Below, in pieces: positions 49,149 through 57,750 of a stretch of DNA of 64,000 bases. Below the pieces are notes generated by a model. It saw only the letters and a list, made by a program, of their open reading frames with translations, made no database searches and was not told the origin of the DNA. The DNA comes from Acidaminobacteraceae bacterium (GTDB lineage: Bacteria; Bacillota; Clostridia; Peptostreptococcales; Acidaminobacteraceae). The position numbers and the translations under genes are program-made. The DNA is taken from contig JBHAZV010000006.1 of NCBI GenBank assembly GCA_041781135.1, positions 8,276 to 72,275 of the forward strand, given 5' to 3'. Numbering within the stretch: position 1 is the stretch's first letter; each line of letters begins with the position of its first letter.

Positions 49149-50209
49149 TATTCCTCCTCGCCCGGCGTATTAAGCAGCGAATTGCCCGGCGCGTCACACT
49201 GAGCACCCGAATCTCCAAGCTCTATTTCTTCGGCAAATATGTCGTTTTCACTTCGCAGAAAATCGATCGCCGCACACAGCTCCCTGTCGCCTCCGGATAT
49301 GCCCAGCAGCATATTTCCATATACTCTGCCCTCAATATTTCTCGTATTTGCAGAAAGTATATTTGCTCTTATGCCTTTATCCTGCGCAAGAGTCGCGATA
49401 AGCGGTGTATTTGTAGCTCTTTCGCCCCTGAATACCACTCTTATGTAACGCTCGCCCCGCGCCGACACCGCAAGCTCCTGCGGGTACACAAGCCTTTTTG
49501 CGGCATCTGAACGCGGGCTTGCAAAGACGTCAGAAACCCTGCCGGATTCCGCAAGCCTGCCTCCATCAAGTATGGCTACGCGGCTGCAAACTTCCTCCAC
49601 TATAGACATCTGATGAGTGATAATAACTATCGTTATTCCTAATTTTTTATTTATCTCACGCAAAAGTTCGAGCACAGAGCTCGTCGTCTTCGGGTCGAGC
49701 GCACTGGTCGCCTCGTCGCAGAGCAGCACCTTGGGTTCGGTTGCCAGCGCCCTTGCTATCGCAACCCTCTGCTTTTGTCCTCCCGATAACTGCGAAGGGT
49801 ATGACGCCGCCTTATCCTCCAGACCGACAAGCGCAAGCAGCTCACGCGCGCGCTTTTCCGCAGCTTTCTTTCCGGCTCCCGCAAGCAGCATCGGAAAACA
49901 CACATTTTGCAGGCAATTTCTCTGGAGAAGCAGGTTAAATCCCTGAAATATCATTGCAATACTGCGCCTCATCTGCCTGAGTTCTCTGTCATTCAAAGCT
50001 CCAATGTCCACCCCGTCTATTACGACACTCCCGCTTTCCGGTCTTTCGAGCATATTGATGCACCTCACAAGAGTGCTCTTGCCCGCCCCGCTCATGCCGA
50101 TGATTCCAAAAATTTCGCCGGTTTCAATCGTAATGGAAATATCGCGAAGTGCAGCCACATCTCCGGAAGCGGCCGAAAACGTCTTGGTAAGTTTGGTGAT
50201 CTCTATCAT
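49148..50209 (-). CDS. metN: Methionine ABC transporter ATP-binding protein
   Basis: Walker A GMSGAGKST, LSGGQKQRVAIARAL, a C-terminal NIL/ACT-like domain. ATG 50209 follows AGGAG. Confidence 0.9.
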   Translation of the reverse strand: MIEITKLTKTFSAASGDVAALRDISITIETGEIFGIIGMSGAGKSTLVRCINMLERPESGSVVIDGVDIGALNDRELRQMRRSIAMIFQGFNLLLQRNCLQNVCFPMLLAGAGKKAAEKRARELLALVGLEDKAASYPSQLSGGQKQRVAIARALATEPKVLLCDEATSALDPKTTSSVLELLREINKKLGITIVIITHQMSIVEEVCSRVAILDGGRLAESGRVSDVFASPRSDAAKRLVYPQELAVSARGERYIRVVFRGERATNTPLIATLAQDKGIRANILSANTRNIEGRVYGNMLLGISGGDRELCAAIDFLRSENDIFAEEIELGDSGAQCDAPGNSLLNTPGEEE

Positions 50210-50295
50210 GCATCTCCTCTCATTCACAAACAAACGCAGCGCTCACGCGCAGGCAGAGACAGATCCGCCGATACGCGCAGGCGCTGCACCGATAA

Positions 50296-51219
50296 CTATT
50301 TTATTTCTTCCAAGGACTTAAGTTTTCCGCCGTAAATCCCCATCGGTTCAACGTGAACAACAGATACCGGCACTATATTCGTTCCCTGCTCAGCATTGAA
50401 ATTATCGAGGTACGGCACATGCTGGAAATAATTAGCATCTATGTCGCCGCTCTCTACAGCAAGGTTCGGCTGTACATAATCGGTGAACTCCACAATCTTT
50501 AGAGTGATGCCCTTTTCCGCCAATATTTTTTCTGCAACTGCAAGTATTTCCGCGTGCGGAGTAGGCGATGCGCCTACAGAGATTGTCTTGCCTTTCAGAG
50601 CTTCGTAATCAAGCGCAGAGTCGTAACCATCCGTTAATGTCTCTGCTACAGATATTACCCCGCCGCCGTATTTTTCGGCAATAAAATCCGCTACCTGCCT
50701 GCTCTCAAGCGCCGCAACGAGCGCCTTTACAAGATCGCTGCCCTCATTGCCTTTTTTAACCGCAAGTATATTGCCGTAAGCCGAATAAGAGCCCTCTATT
50801 GCCACAGAATCTGTCACCGGATTAAGTCCGGCGTCTATTGCATAGTTGGAGTTTATCACCGCAAAATCGACATCTACGAGCACATTCGGAAGCTGTGCTG
50901 CCTCAACCTCAAAAAACTCGATATTGTAAGGATTTTCGACAATATCCCGCGGGGTTGCCGCAATTCCCGCATCATCCCTGAGCTTGATAAGCTCGTTAGC
51001 CTGAAGCAGCAGAAGCGCCCTCGCCTCATTTGTGGTGTCGTTAGGAACGGCTATCTTTATGCTTTTCTGCGACCCCACCGCCGAAGTCGTCTGTTCTTCC
51101 GATGACGCCGCAGAAACGGAAGCGCCTGAAGTTGCCTGCGTATTTCCGCACGACGATACCAAAAGCGCCGAAGCTAATACAAAAAGCGCCACAGTTAATT
51201 TCACCAAATTTTTCTTCAT
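50296..51219 (-). CDS. metQ: Methionine-binding lipoprotein (MetQ/NlpA family)
   Basis: Lipobox LLVSSCG and MetQ-like body. The preferred start is ATG 51219, 5 nt after GGAGG. The track start is 51231. Confidence 0.85.
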   Translation of the reverse strand: MKKNLVKLTVALFVLASALLVSSCGNTQATSGASVSAASSEEQTTSAVGSQKSIKIAVPNDTTNEARALLLLQANELIKLRDDAGIAATPRDIVENPYNIEFFEVEAAQLPNVLVDVDFAVINSNYAIDAGLNPVTDSVAIEGSYSAYGNILAVKKGNEGSDLVKALVAALESRQVADFIAEKYGGGVISVAETLTDGYDSALDYEALKGKTISVGASPTPHAEILAVAEKILAEKGITLKIVEFTDYVQPNLAVESGDIDANYFQHVPYLDNFNAEQGTNIVPVSVVHVEPMGIYGGKLKSLEEIK

Positions 51220-51322
51220 CATTTCCTCCATGCGATTAAATCGCTGATTATTTGCCGCGCCTAAGATAAATCATCCTTATCCCGCGCCCCCTCTGACAAG
51301 GGCAAAGTCTTTGGGTCAGAGA

Positions 51323-51352
51323 TAAAAAAAGAGGGAGAGTAACTCTCCCTCT
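51323..51352 (-). terminator. Intrinsic terminator between the Met-rich ORF and metQ
   Basis: Minus-strand RNA is AGAGGGAGAG-UUA-CUCUCCCUCU, a perfect stem of up to 10 bp, followed directly by a U-run (51324-51330). Confidence 0.8.
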
Positions 51353-51374
51353 GTCCTCAAAAACTATTATGCGG

Positions 51375-51488
51375 TTATACGCGCGCTATCGGGGGGTTAC
51401 ACTTAAAATTTTGTTCAGCAAGACACATGCACATCATTATGCACATGTTCATAGACATATTCATCATTGTCATTGCTGTGAAATTCAA
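51375..51488 (-). CDS. 37-codon Met/Cys-rich small ORF: (M)NFTAMTMMNMSMNMCIMMCMCLAEQNFKCNPPIARV
   Basis: AAGGAGG (rc of 51494-51500) lies 5 nt before TTG 51488, and the stop TAA is at 51375-51377. There are 9 internal AUG and 4 UGY codons, mostly within codons 6-22. Below the track's size cut-off; translated by hand. Confidence 0.5.
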   Translation of the reverse strand: MNFTAMTMMNMSMNMCIMMCMCLAEQNFKCNPPIARV

Positions 51489-51639
51489 GCCTGCCTCCTT
51501 ATTTTCGCCATTCGTATTCATAACACGAACAACATTGACGCAACTGTAGCACGCAGGATTTGCATTGTCCAGTTAATTTTTTGTAATTTTTATCGCCAAA
51601 TCACATCATGCTGTGTTGTCGCCACCGTCTGTCAAGCCA

Positions 51640-52680
51640 TTACTTAACAGGACAAAGATCTTCCTTACCTGTGAGCGACTTTATAAAATCGACCAGAAGT
51701 TTTATTTCAGCTTCTATGTCCTTGAGATTGACGACCTCGCTCGGAGAATGCATGTAGCGAAGCGGCAGAGATACCAGCGCAACCGGAACACCGGCTCCCG
51801 TAAAACGCATTGTGTCGGCGTCCGTGCCTGTCCTGCGCGGAGCGAGCTCGTACTGTATATCGTGCTTATTCTTTTTTGCAGATTCTATCAGCATATTGTT
51901 TACCACCCTGCTCACCTGCGGACCAAAAGCTATAACCGGCCCTCCTCCGAGCTTTACATCCCCGTCCTTTGCAGCCGAAGAGCTTGGATCATCCGTAGCA
52001 AATGTCACGTCACACGCGATTGCAATACTTGGCTTTAGAGATGACGCTGCAAAATATGCGCCTCCCTGATTTGTCTCCTCATTTACAGTACTGACAGCGT
52101 GAAGCGCCACATTTATTTTTTCCTTTGCAAGCTCCTTTACCACTTCGGATATTATAAACAGCCCGCTGCGGTTGTCGAGCGCCCTGCCAACAACATTATT
52201 ATTTTGAAGGTAATCCAGATTCAGATCATATATTACATAGTCGCCTACGCTGACTATTTTCTTTAGTTCCTTCCCATCCTTTGCGCCGCAGTCGATAAGC
52301 AGACCATCCACATCGAGCTCGCCCTTCTGGCCTCCCTTGTGTTCAGGCGGCACGGCAACCACTCCGATGATCGTCTTTTTACCGAGAACCCTCACTCTGC
52401 TGCCGATTGCCGGCTTTGCGCTAATACCGCCTATTGCGGCGACAGAAATATAACCCTTGTCGTCGATGTGGCGTACCATGAACGCGATCTCGTCAGAGTG
52501 CGCTGCCAAAAGTACACTGAAATCAGCCCCTCCGTTTAGGGTCGCAATCACATTGCCCGCACCGTCAGTGCTGATCTTGGCGTATTTTTTCATTTCGTCC
52601 TTCCAAAGCTTTTGGATACCAGCCTCCGCACCCGACGGCGACGGAGTAGATATCAGCTTTTCAAAAAATCCTAAATCCAT
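51640..52680 (-). CDS. M42-family aminopeptidase (FrvX/YsdC-like)
   Basis: 346 aa. Motifs: AAHSDEI, GRALDNRSG, VNEETN. Confidence 0.8.
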   Translation of the reverse strand: MDLGFFEKLISTPSPSGAEAGIQKLWKDEMKKYAKISTDGAGNVIATLNGGADFSVLLAAHSDEIAFMVRHIDDKGYISVAAIGGISAKPAIGSRVRVLGKKTIIGVVAVPPEHKGGQKGELDVDGLLIDCGAKDGKELKKIVSVGDYVIYDLNLDYLQNNNVVGRALDNRSGLFIISEVVKELAKEKINVALHAVSTVNEETNQGGAYFAASSLKPSIAIACDVTFATDDPSSSAAKDGDVKLGGGPVIAFGPQVSRVVNNMLIESAKKNKHDIQYELAPRRTGTDADTMRFTGAGVPVALVSLPLRYMHSPSEVVNLKDIEAEIKLLVDFIKSLTGKEDLCPVK

Positions 52681-52733
52681 TACTGTAAAACCTTCCTCGT
52701 TTTATTGTCTGTTCAAAATTACTTTGTGTTTAA

Positions 52734-53792
52734 TTACTTTGCATTTATATAGCGCTGCAATGTTTCAGGGTTGATGCTAAAATGCTTTGCATCGACCTCA
52801 GTTATAAGCCCGTCCTTATAAAGCTGGGCAAGTGAGTAATCCATGCTTATCATTCCCTCGGCGCGTCCTGAATGAATCGCAGCCTCTATCTGCGGGATTT
52901 TACCCTCCCTGATGAGGTTTCTGATAGCATGATTTACTATCATGATTTCGAATGCCGGAACTCTGCCGCCGCCTATTTTCGGCACTAATTGCTGAGATAC
53001 CACCGCTTTGAGCACTGTCGAGAGCTGAATCCTGATCTGATCCTGCTGATTGGAAGGGAATACGTCGATAACCCTGTCCACAGTCTTTGCGCCGCCCACG
53101 GTATGCAGAGTGGAAAGCACCAGATGCCCCGTCTCTGCGGCAGTCATAGCTATTGACATAGTCTCGTAATCGCGCATTTCGCCTATAAGTATGACATCAG
53201 GCGCCTGCCTGAGCGAAGCCCTGAGCCCCGCATGATAAGACTGAGTATCTATTCCTATTTCACGCTGATTTACAATGCTTTTGTCATGCTTGTGTATGAA
53301 CTCGATAGGGTCTTCTAAAGTGAGGATATGGCACTGCCTCTCACGATTTATCCTATCTATTATGCACGCAAGAGTTGTAGACTTTCCGCTACCGGTAGGG
53401 CCGGTTACGAGCACGAGCCCCTTGGTGAGATTCCTGACATCGAGGACCTCCTCTGGTATCATGAGTTTGCCCGTATCCAATATGTCGAATTTAAGCACCC
53501 TTATTGCAGCAGCGTGCGAATTCCTTTGAACATACACGTCTATCCTGAACCTTCCTACACCGGGGACCGAATACGAAAAGTCGAGCTCACCCCTCTTCAA
53601 AAACTCGTTGTACTTTACATCGTCCGAAAATAACTGATGTATAAGTTCGCGAGTGTCATTCGGCATAAGAGGTGCAGTTCCATATTTTTCCAAATTGCTG
53701 TCTATCTTAAATACCGGCGGAACACCGACTGTGAGAAAAATATCCGATGCATTTTTCTCTACTCCGATTTTCATAAGTTCTGTAATATGCAT
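52734..53792 (-). CDS. pilT: Type IV pilus retraction ATPase PilT family
   Basis: ORF 52734..53864. ATG 53792 follows GGAG. Walker A GPTGSGKST, plus LTLEDPIE, GEMRD and AIRNLIREGK. Confidence 0.85.
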   Translation of the reverse strand: MHITELMKIGVEKNASDIFLTVGVPPVFKIDSNLEKYGTAPLMPNDTRELIHQLFSDDVKYNEFLKRGELDFSYSVPGVGRFRIDVYVQRNSHAAAIRVLKFDILDTGKLMIPEEVLDVRNLTKGLVLVTGPTGSGKSTTLACIIDRINRERQCHILTLEDPIEFIHKHDKSIVNQREIGIDTQSYHAGLRASLRQAPDVILIGEMRDYETMSIAMTAAETGHLVLSTLHTVGGAKTVDRVIDVFPSNQQDQIRIQLSTVLKAVVSQQLVPKIGGGRVPAFEIMIVNHAIRNLIREGKIPQIEAAIHSGRAEGMISMDYSLAQLYKDGLITEVDAKHFSINPETLQRYINAK

Positions 53793-53800
53793 AACAACTC

Positions 53801-54205
53801 CTATCTTTTTATTTCGCCGTATTCGAGCAGTTCTGTATCGAAAATCCTCTCTGTCTCGTACCACGCCAATATTTTGAAATTATCTGTTCGCAGCTCTACA
53901 TAAAAGCTTCGCTCTCCGAGCGCGACACTGTAAATGATTTTTTGAGGGTTTACAACCGGATCGATGCAGCCCAGCGATATAAGTTTTTCAACAGTTATCT
54001 CTCCGCGTTCGAGACCGACTATAGCCGCATAACATCTGTCCGCCTCTGATTCGAGCAAGTAGTAATCCCGAAGCTGGTCGCTCATACGCTTTGAAAGCCT
54101 GTAGCCCGAATTACTCATACCCACCGATAACACCGACAGCGAAACGAGCAGCACGATTATAAGAATCACGAGAACCGTCGAGCTTCCGCTTCTTTTATCA
54201 ATCAC
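53801..54205 (-). CDS. Hypothetical pilus-cluster protein with N-terminal TM helix
   Basis: GTG 54205 lies 5 nt after AGGAGG and overlaps the upstream stop (GTGA). The hydrophobic N-terminus is SSTVLVILIIVLLVSLSVLSV. Confidence 0.45.
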   Translation of the reverse strand: MIDKRSGSSTVLVILIIVLLVSLSVLSVGMSNSGYRLSKRMSDQLRDYYLLESEADRCYAAIVGLERGEITVEKLISLGCIDPVVNPQKIIYSVALGERSFYVELRTDNFKILAWYETERIFDTELLEYGEIKR

Positions 54206-54630
54206 TTCTGCCTCCTGTAGTGCAGGTACTTCGTCATGCCGCATACCTCCGAATCATCGCGGAACGCCGCGACGTCTATCTCCAGCCTCTCTTCACTGAA
54301 ACTAAGTTCGACTCTCACCAAAAGACCGCTTTCGGTAAAAAAATCTGTTTTACCCTTTCCGCCCGAAATATCGAAATGCATTCCCGCAGCACTCACTTTG
54401 CCGTTTTTTTCACCGGAGCGGTATTGCTCAAAAAAATCTTGGAAATCCTCGTATGACATTCGCTCCAGCAGGTCAACCGCAATGAATGTAGCCTCGTCAT
54501 TGTCTGCGGTGCGATCCATAAGCCTGTCCGACGAAAAAAACACCTGCGCTATGATTGCAGCCGCCACCGCAACGATTGCAGCCGACAGTATTATTTCGAG
54601 CACTGTCAGCCCGCTTCGTTTTTTATTCAT
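54202..54630 (-). CDS. Prepilin-type N-terminal cleavage/methylation-domain protein (pseudopilin)
   Basis: MNKKRSG/LTVLEIILSAAIVAVAAAII matches the G-(F/L)T(L/V)xE prepilin motif. Confidence 0.65.
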   Translation of the reverse strand: MNKKRSGLTVLEIILSAAIVAVAAAIIAQVFFSSDRLMDRTADNDEATFIAVDLLERMSYEDFQDFFEQYRSGEKNGKVSAAGMHFDISGGKGKTDFFTESGLLVRVELSFSEERLEIDVAAFRDDSEVCGMTKYLHYRRQK

Positions 54631-55063
54631 AGGCAGCCCTCAGCGCAAAGCTGCACCTGCGCTTGAATCCGGATTTTTCTATGGTTATCTCTACGACCTC
54701 GCCATCCATCTCTATGTCCACCCCATCGATGCTCGCAATACTGAAAGCCGTGTCTACAGAATGCTCCACGCCGCTGATAACAGTCGATTCGAGTAAGCGC
54801 CCGTCCTCTACGAATATCATCGTGGATACCCCGTTTTCCTCGATCAAGATCCTGTCATCTTCTATTTTCAGTTTGCCGAGTTCATCGTTCTGGCGGAGCT
54901 TGGAAAGATAGTAAGACATTGCAATCCGCGATTCATCCATTACATCTTTGCTTTCGGTAAGCCTGTGATGATACGAAACCGAAACTCCGGAAACCTGCAG
55001 CAGGCACAAGCCTATTATCAGTATCAAAAATATTGTACAAAGAACTTCGTATTCTTTTTTCAT
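54623..55063 (-). CDS. Hypothetical pilus-cluster protein with N-terminal TM helix
   Basis: 146 aa with the hydrophobic segment VLCTIFLILIIGLCLL. Overlaps the next gene by 8 nt. Confidence 0.4.
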   Translation of the reverse strand: MKKEYEVLCTIFLILIIGLCLLQVSGVSVSYHHRLTESKDVMDESRIAMSYYLSKLRQNDELGKLKIEDDRILIEENGVSTMIFVEDGRLLESTVISGVEHSVDTAFSIASIDGVDIEMDGEVVEITIEKSGFKRRCSFALRAAYE

Positions 55064-55069
55064 AACACT

Positions 55070-55345
55070 CTACTTTCTGATAACCTTGATAATCGGGAGC
55101 AGATTCGAACCTAACATCTCATAATGATAGTAAAATTTGTCCCTGTTGAGCTGCACCCCATAATGTGCTTCCAGATAGCTGATAGGAGGATAGGAGCCTT
55201 CGAGCGCGTAGCAGGTGACAGCTGCTTTTCGTATGGCTGCTTCAGCATTTGTGACTTCCTCGGCGGCATTTGTATTCTCTATGCTCTGCACATAGGAAAA
55301 CGCTGCCAATATCAAAATCAGGAAAATTACAATGTTTATTTTCAT
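55070..55345 (-). CDS. Small hypothetical membrane-anchored/secreted protein in the pilus cluster
   Basis: 91 aa. N-terminus MKINIVIFLILILAAFSYVQS. Confidence 0.4.
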   Translation of the reverse strand: MKINIVIFLILILAAFSYVQSIENTNAAEEVTNAEAAIRKAAVTCYALEGSYPPISYLEAHYGVQLNRDKFYYHYEMLGSNLLPIIKVIRK

Positions 55346-55354
55346 AAATCCTCC

Positions 55355-56383
55355 CTAACCGATGGCGGATATGATTCCTATGAGCGGCAGCAGCGTCATA
55401 AGCAGCACCAGCCCCACCACTATCGACATCACGGTGACGAGCACCGGCTCGATTTTTGATGCGGTACTCTCCATGATTGCGTCGAGCTCGCCCTGATACG
55501 TGTCGGTAAATTTTGCAGCCATGTCCTCAAGAGTTCCGGTCTTTGCGCCGAGCCTGAACATCTTGAAAAACAAATTCGGAAATATGTCGATCTCCCTGAG
55601 CGAGTCATAAACGTCCTTTCCCTCGCCGATTTCCGACACCGCGCGATCTATCCTGTCCTGGATAACATCGTCATCGAGCAGCGGAAGAGCCTTCTCTGCC
55701 GCCATTTCAAACGAATAACCGCTTGCAATAAGCGTGGTGAGAGCGCGAGACAGCTTAACGAGTACGTTCTTTTTGTATATCCTGCCGGTGATCGGCATAT
55801 TTACTAAAAGATGACTCCTAAGCTTTGGAAACAGCCGGAATTTGAAAATCATCAGCATGAGCGCAAGAAACAGGACCAGTGCGATTATTATTCCCAAGAG
55901 CCCGCCGCGCAAAAATGAAGCCATTTTGAAAATCGCGCCCGAAGCGGCAGGAACCTCGCCCCCAAGCGAGATAAGCAGCGAATGAAAAACCGGAAGCACT
56001 TGGAATACCAAAAGTCCGAGAACCGCGAGCATCATTATTAGCAGTACGAGCGGATATGATATTGCGCTTCTGAGCTTCTTCTGAAAATCCGCCCTGCCGG
56101 TGTAGTAGCTGTGGAGTTCCTCAAAAACCTTTGGGAGCTTTCCGGCATTTTCTCCGACACGTATCATCTCTATCATATATTTGGGAAATTTGCCAGATTT
56201 TTCAAATGCCTCCGCTATCTGAAGCCCCTCGTCCAGGCAGGCGCTTATCTGATGAAGCGCATTTGAAACATCCTTTTGCTCAGTATCCTCGCCAAGTATT
56301 TTAATCCCGTCCGAAATCGGAAGCCCCGATTTAAATACCACCGATAGCTGATAGCTTATGTCAGCGAGCAGCACATTGTTCAT
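55355..56383 (-). CDS. Type II secretion system F-family platform protein (PilC/ComGB-like)
   Basis: 342 aa with two GspF repeats and 3 TM segments. Confidence 0.75.
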   Translation of the reverse strand: MNNVLLADISYQLSVVFKSGLPISDGIKILGEDTEQKDVSNALHQISACLDEGLQIAEAFEKSGKFPKYMIEMIRVGENAGKLPKVFEELHSYYTGRADFQKKLRSAISYPLVLLIMMLAVLGLLVFQVLPVFHSLLISLGGEVPAASGAIFKMASFLRGGLLGIIIALVLFLALMLMIFKFRLFPKLRSHLLVNMPITGRIYKKNVLVKLSRALTTLIASGYSFEMAAEKALPLLDDDVIQDRIDRAVSEIGEGKDVYDSLREIDIFPNLFFKMFRLGAKTGTLEDMAAKFTDTYQGELDAIMESTASKIEPVLVTVMSIVVGLVLLMTLLPLIGIISAIG

Positions 56384-57711
56384 TTTTTCCTCCTGTTCCT
56401 CCTGAATCGCTCGGCTTCATCACCTATTTCCTTTGGAAAATAATACTGTCTGGAAGCCAAGGATTCGGGCAGATACCTCTGTTCGACATAACCGCCGTCA
56501 TAGTCATGCGGATACTTGTAATATTCCGCACTTTTTTCGAGAGAGTGCCTGAGCTCCATCGCCCTTGACGTGCCGTCCCTCAGATACGGTGGTACCTCTA
56601 CAGGCGTTCCATTCCTTATCTCATCGATCGCAGAATCTATGGCAAGGTACGAAGCGTTGGATTTAGGCGATACAGCAATATAAATCGCAGCCTGCGCAAG
56701 CGGTATGCGCGCCTCCGGCATGCCGAGCTGATGCACGGCATTACACGCAGCGCTCGCGACCACAAGAGCCATAGGATCGGCGTTTCCGACGTCTTCACTC
56801 GCACATATAAGTATCCTGCGTGCAACAAACATCGGATCCTCGCCGCTTTCGAGCAGAACAGCCAAGTAGTAGACGGCGGCATCCGGGTCGCTGCCGCGCA
56901 TGGACTTTATAAATGCAGATACTACGTCGTAGTGATTGTCTTCCCTGTTCGCAAACGTCATCTTGCGGACGCTGAAAACATCTTCCTTTTCTATAACGAT
57001 GGAGCTTCCAAGCGAATATTTCAGATTTACGGCAGCTTCGAGCATGTTTAGAGCTCGGCGGGCATCGCCGTCCGAAAAAAGCGCAATGCTCTCCAAAACC
57101 TCGTCGGCTGCCTTGACATTGTAAGTCAGAAGCCCGCGCTCATCCGCAATCGCCTTTTTTAATATTTTCACAATATCAATAGGCGATAATTTTTCGAGCC
57201 TGCAGACGAGCGAACGCGATATAAGCGCAGAATTTATCTCGAAATACGGATTTTCGGTAGTTGCGCCCACAAGTATCAAAGACCCTTTTTCAATAAACGG
57301 CAGCAGCGCATCCTGCTGAAGCTTGTTGAAGCGATGTATCTCGTCAATAAAAAGCACGGTTTTTTTTCGGTAGAGCCGCAGATTTTCCTCTCCCTTAACA
57401 GCTGCTTCTTTAATATCCTTTATGCCCGCGATTACCGCATTTATAGTGATGTATTCCGCTTTTGTCGTGCTCGCTATGACTCTTGCGAGCGAAGTCTTGC
57501 CTGTGCCCGGCGGCCCGTACAGTATAAGGCTTGTGAGCCGATCCTGTTCGATCATGACCCTGAGCATCGGGCCCCCGCTCATTATCGCCTCCTGACCCAC
57601 AAAATCGTTTAATGAAGCCGGCTTCATCCGCTCTGCGAGCGGAGCAGAGCCGCGCGAAGCGGCGAAACCGCCGCTCTCGCCGGCATAATCAAACAAGTCA
57701 AACATTTGCAC
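56380..57711 (-). CDS. rarA: Replication-associated recombination protein A (AAA+ ATPase)
   Basis: 443 aa. Motifs GPPGTGKTS, FIDEIHRFNK, and the MgsA C-terminal region (DAAVYYLA, GEDP). Confidence 0.9.
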   Translation of the reverse strand: MQMFDLFDYAGESGGFAASRGSAPLAERMKPASLNDFVGQEAIMSGGPMLRVMIEQDRLTSLILYGPPGTGKTSLARVIASTTKAEYITINAVIAGIKDIKEAAVKGEENLRLYRKKTVLFIDEIHRFNKLQQDALLPFIEKGSLILVGATTENPYFEINSALISRSLVCRLEKLSPIDIVKILKKAIADERGLLTYNVKAADEVLESIALFSDGDARRALNMLEAAVNLKYSLGSSIVIEKEDVFSVRKMTFANREDNHYDVVSAFIKSMRGSDPDAAVYYLAVLLESGEDPMFVARRILICASEDVGNADPMALVVASAACNAVHQLGMPEARIPLAQAAIYIAVSPKSNASYLAIDSAIDEIRNGTPVEVPPYLRDGTSRAMELRHSLEKSAEYYKYPHDYDGGYVEQRYLPESLASRQYYFPKEIGDEAERFRRNRRKK

Positions 57712-57750
57712 CTCCGCAAGGCGATGGTAGCATTCCGGTACTCATCTTCA

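Noticed and set aside
51232-51640. S-box (SAM-I) or Met T-box leader upstream of metQNI.
   Set aside because: I saw no CUUAUCAAGAG...GGUGGAGGGA...GAUAAG S-box core and no AGGGUGGNACCGCG T-box sequence. TTATC...GATAAG does flank a short hairpin (51270-51325), but that segment is only about 55 nt, too short for a SAM-I aptamer.
51369-51647. Plus-strand 92-aa ORF with a His/Cys-rich stretch (HAHHYAHVHRHIHHCHCC).
   Set aside because: It is the antisense reading of the Met-codon run (CAT is the reverse complement of ATG) and has no SD. The terminator's U-tract, the consensus SD and all neighbouring genes are on the minus strand.
54623-55345. A same-frame adjacent ORF pair, checked as a possible UGA-split selenoprotein because selC is present in the window.
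   Set aside because: The separating stop is TAG (55070-55072), and each ORF has its own SD and hydrophobic N-terminus. No other same-frame, closely spaced ORF pair was found among the neighbouring same-strand pairs I checked.
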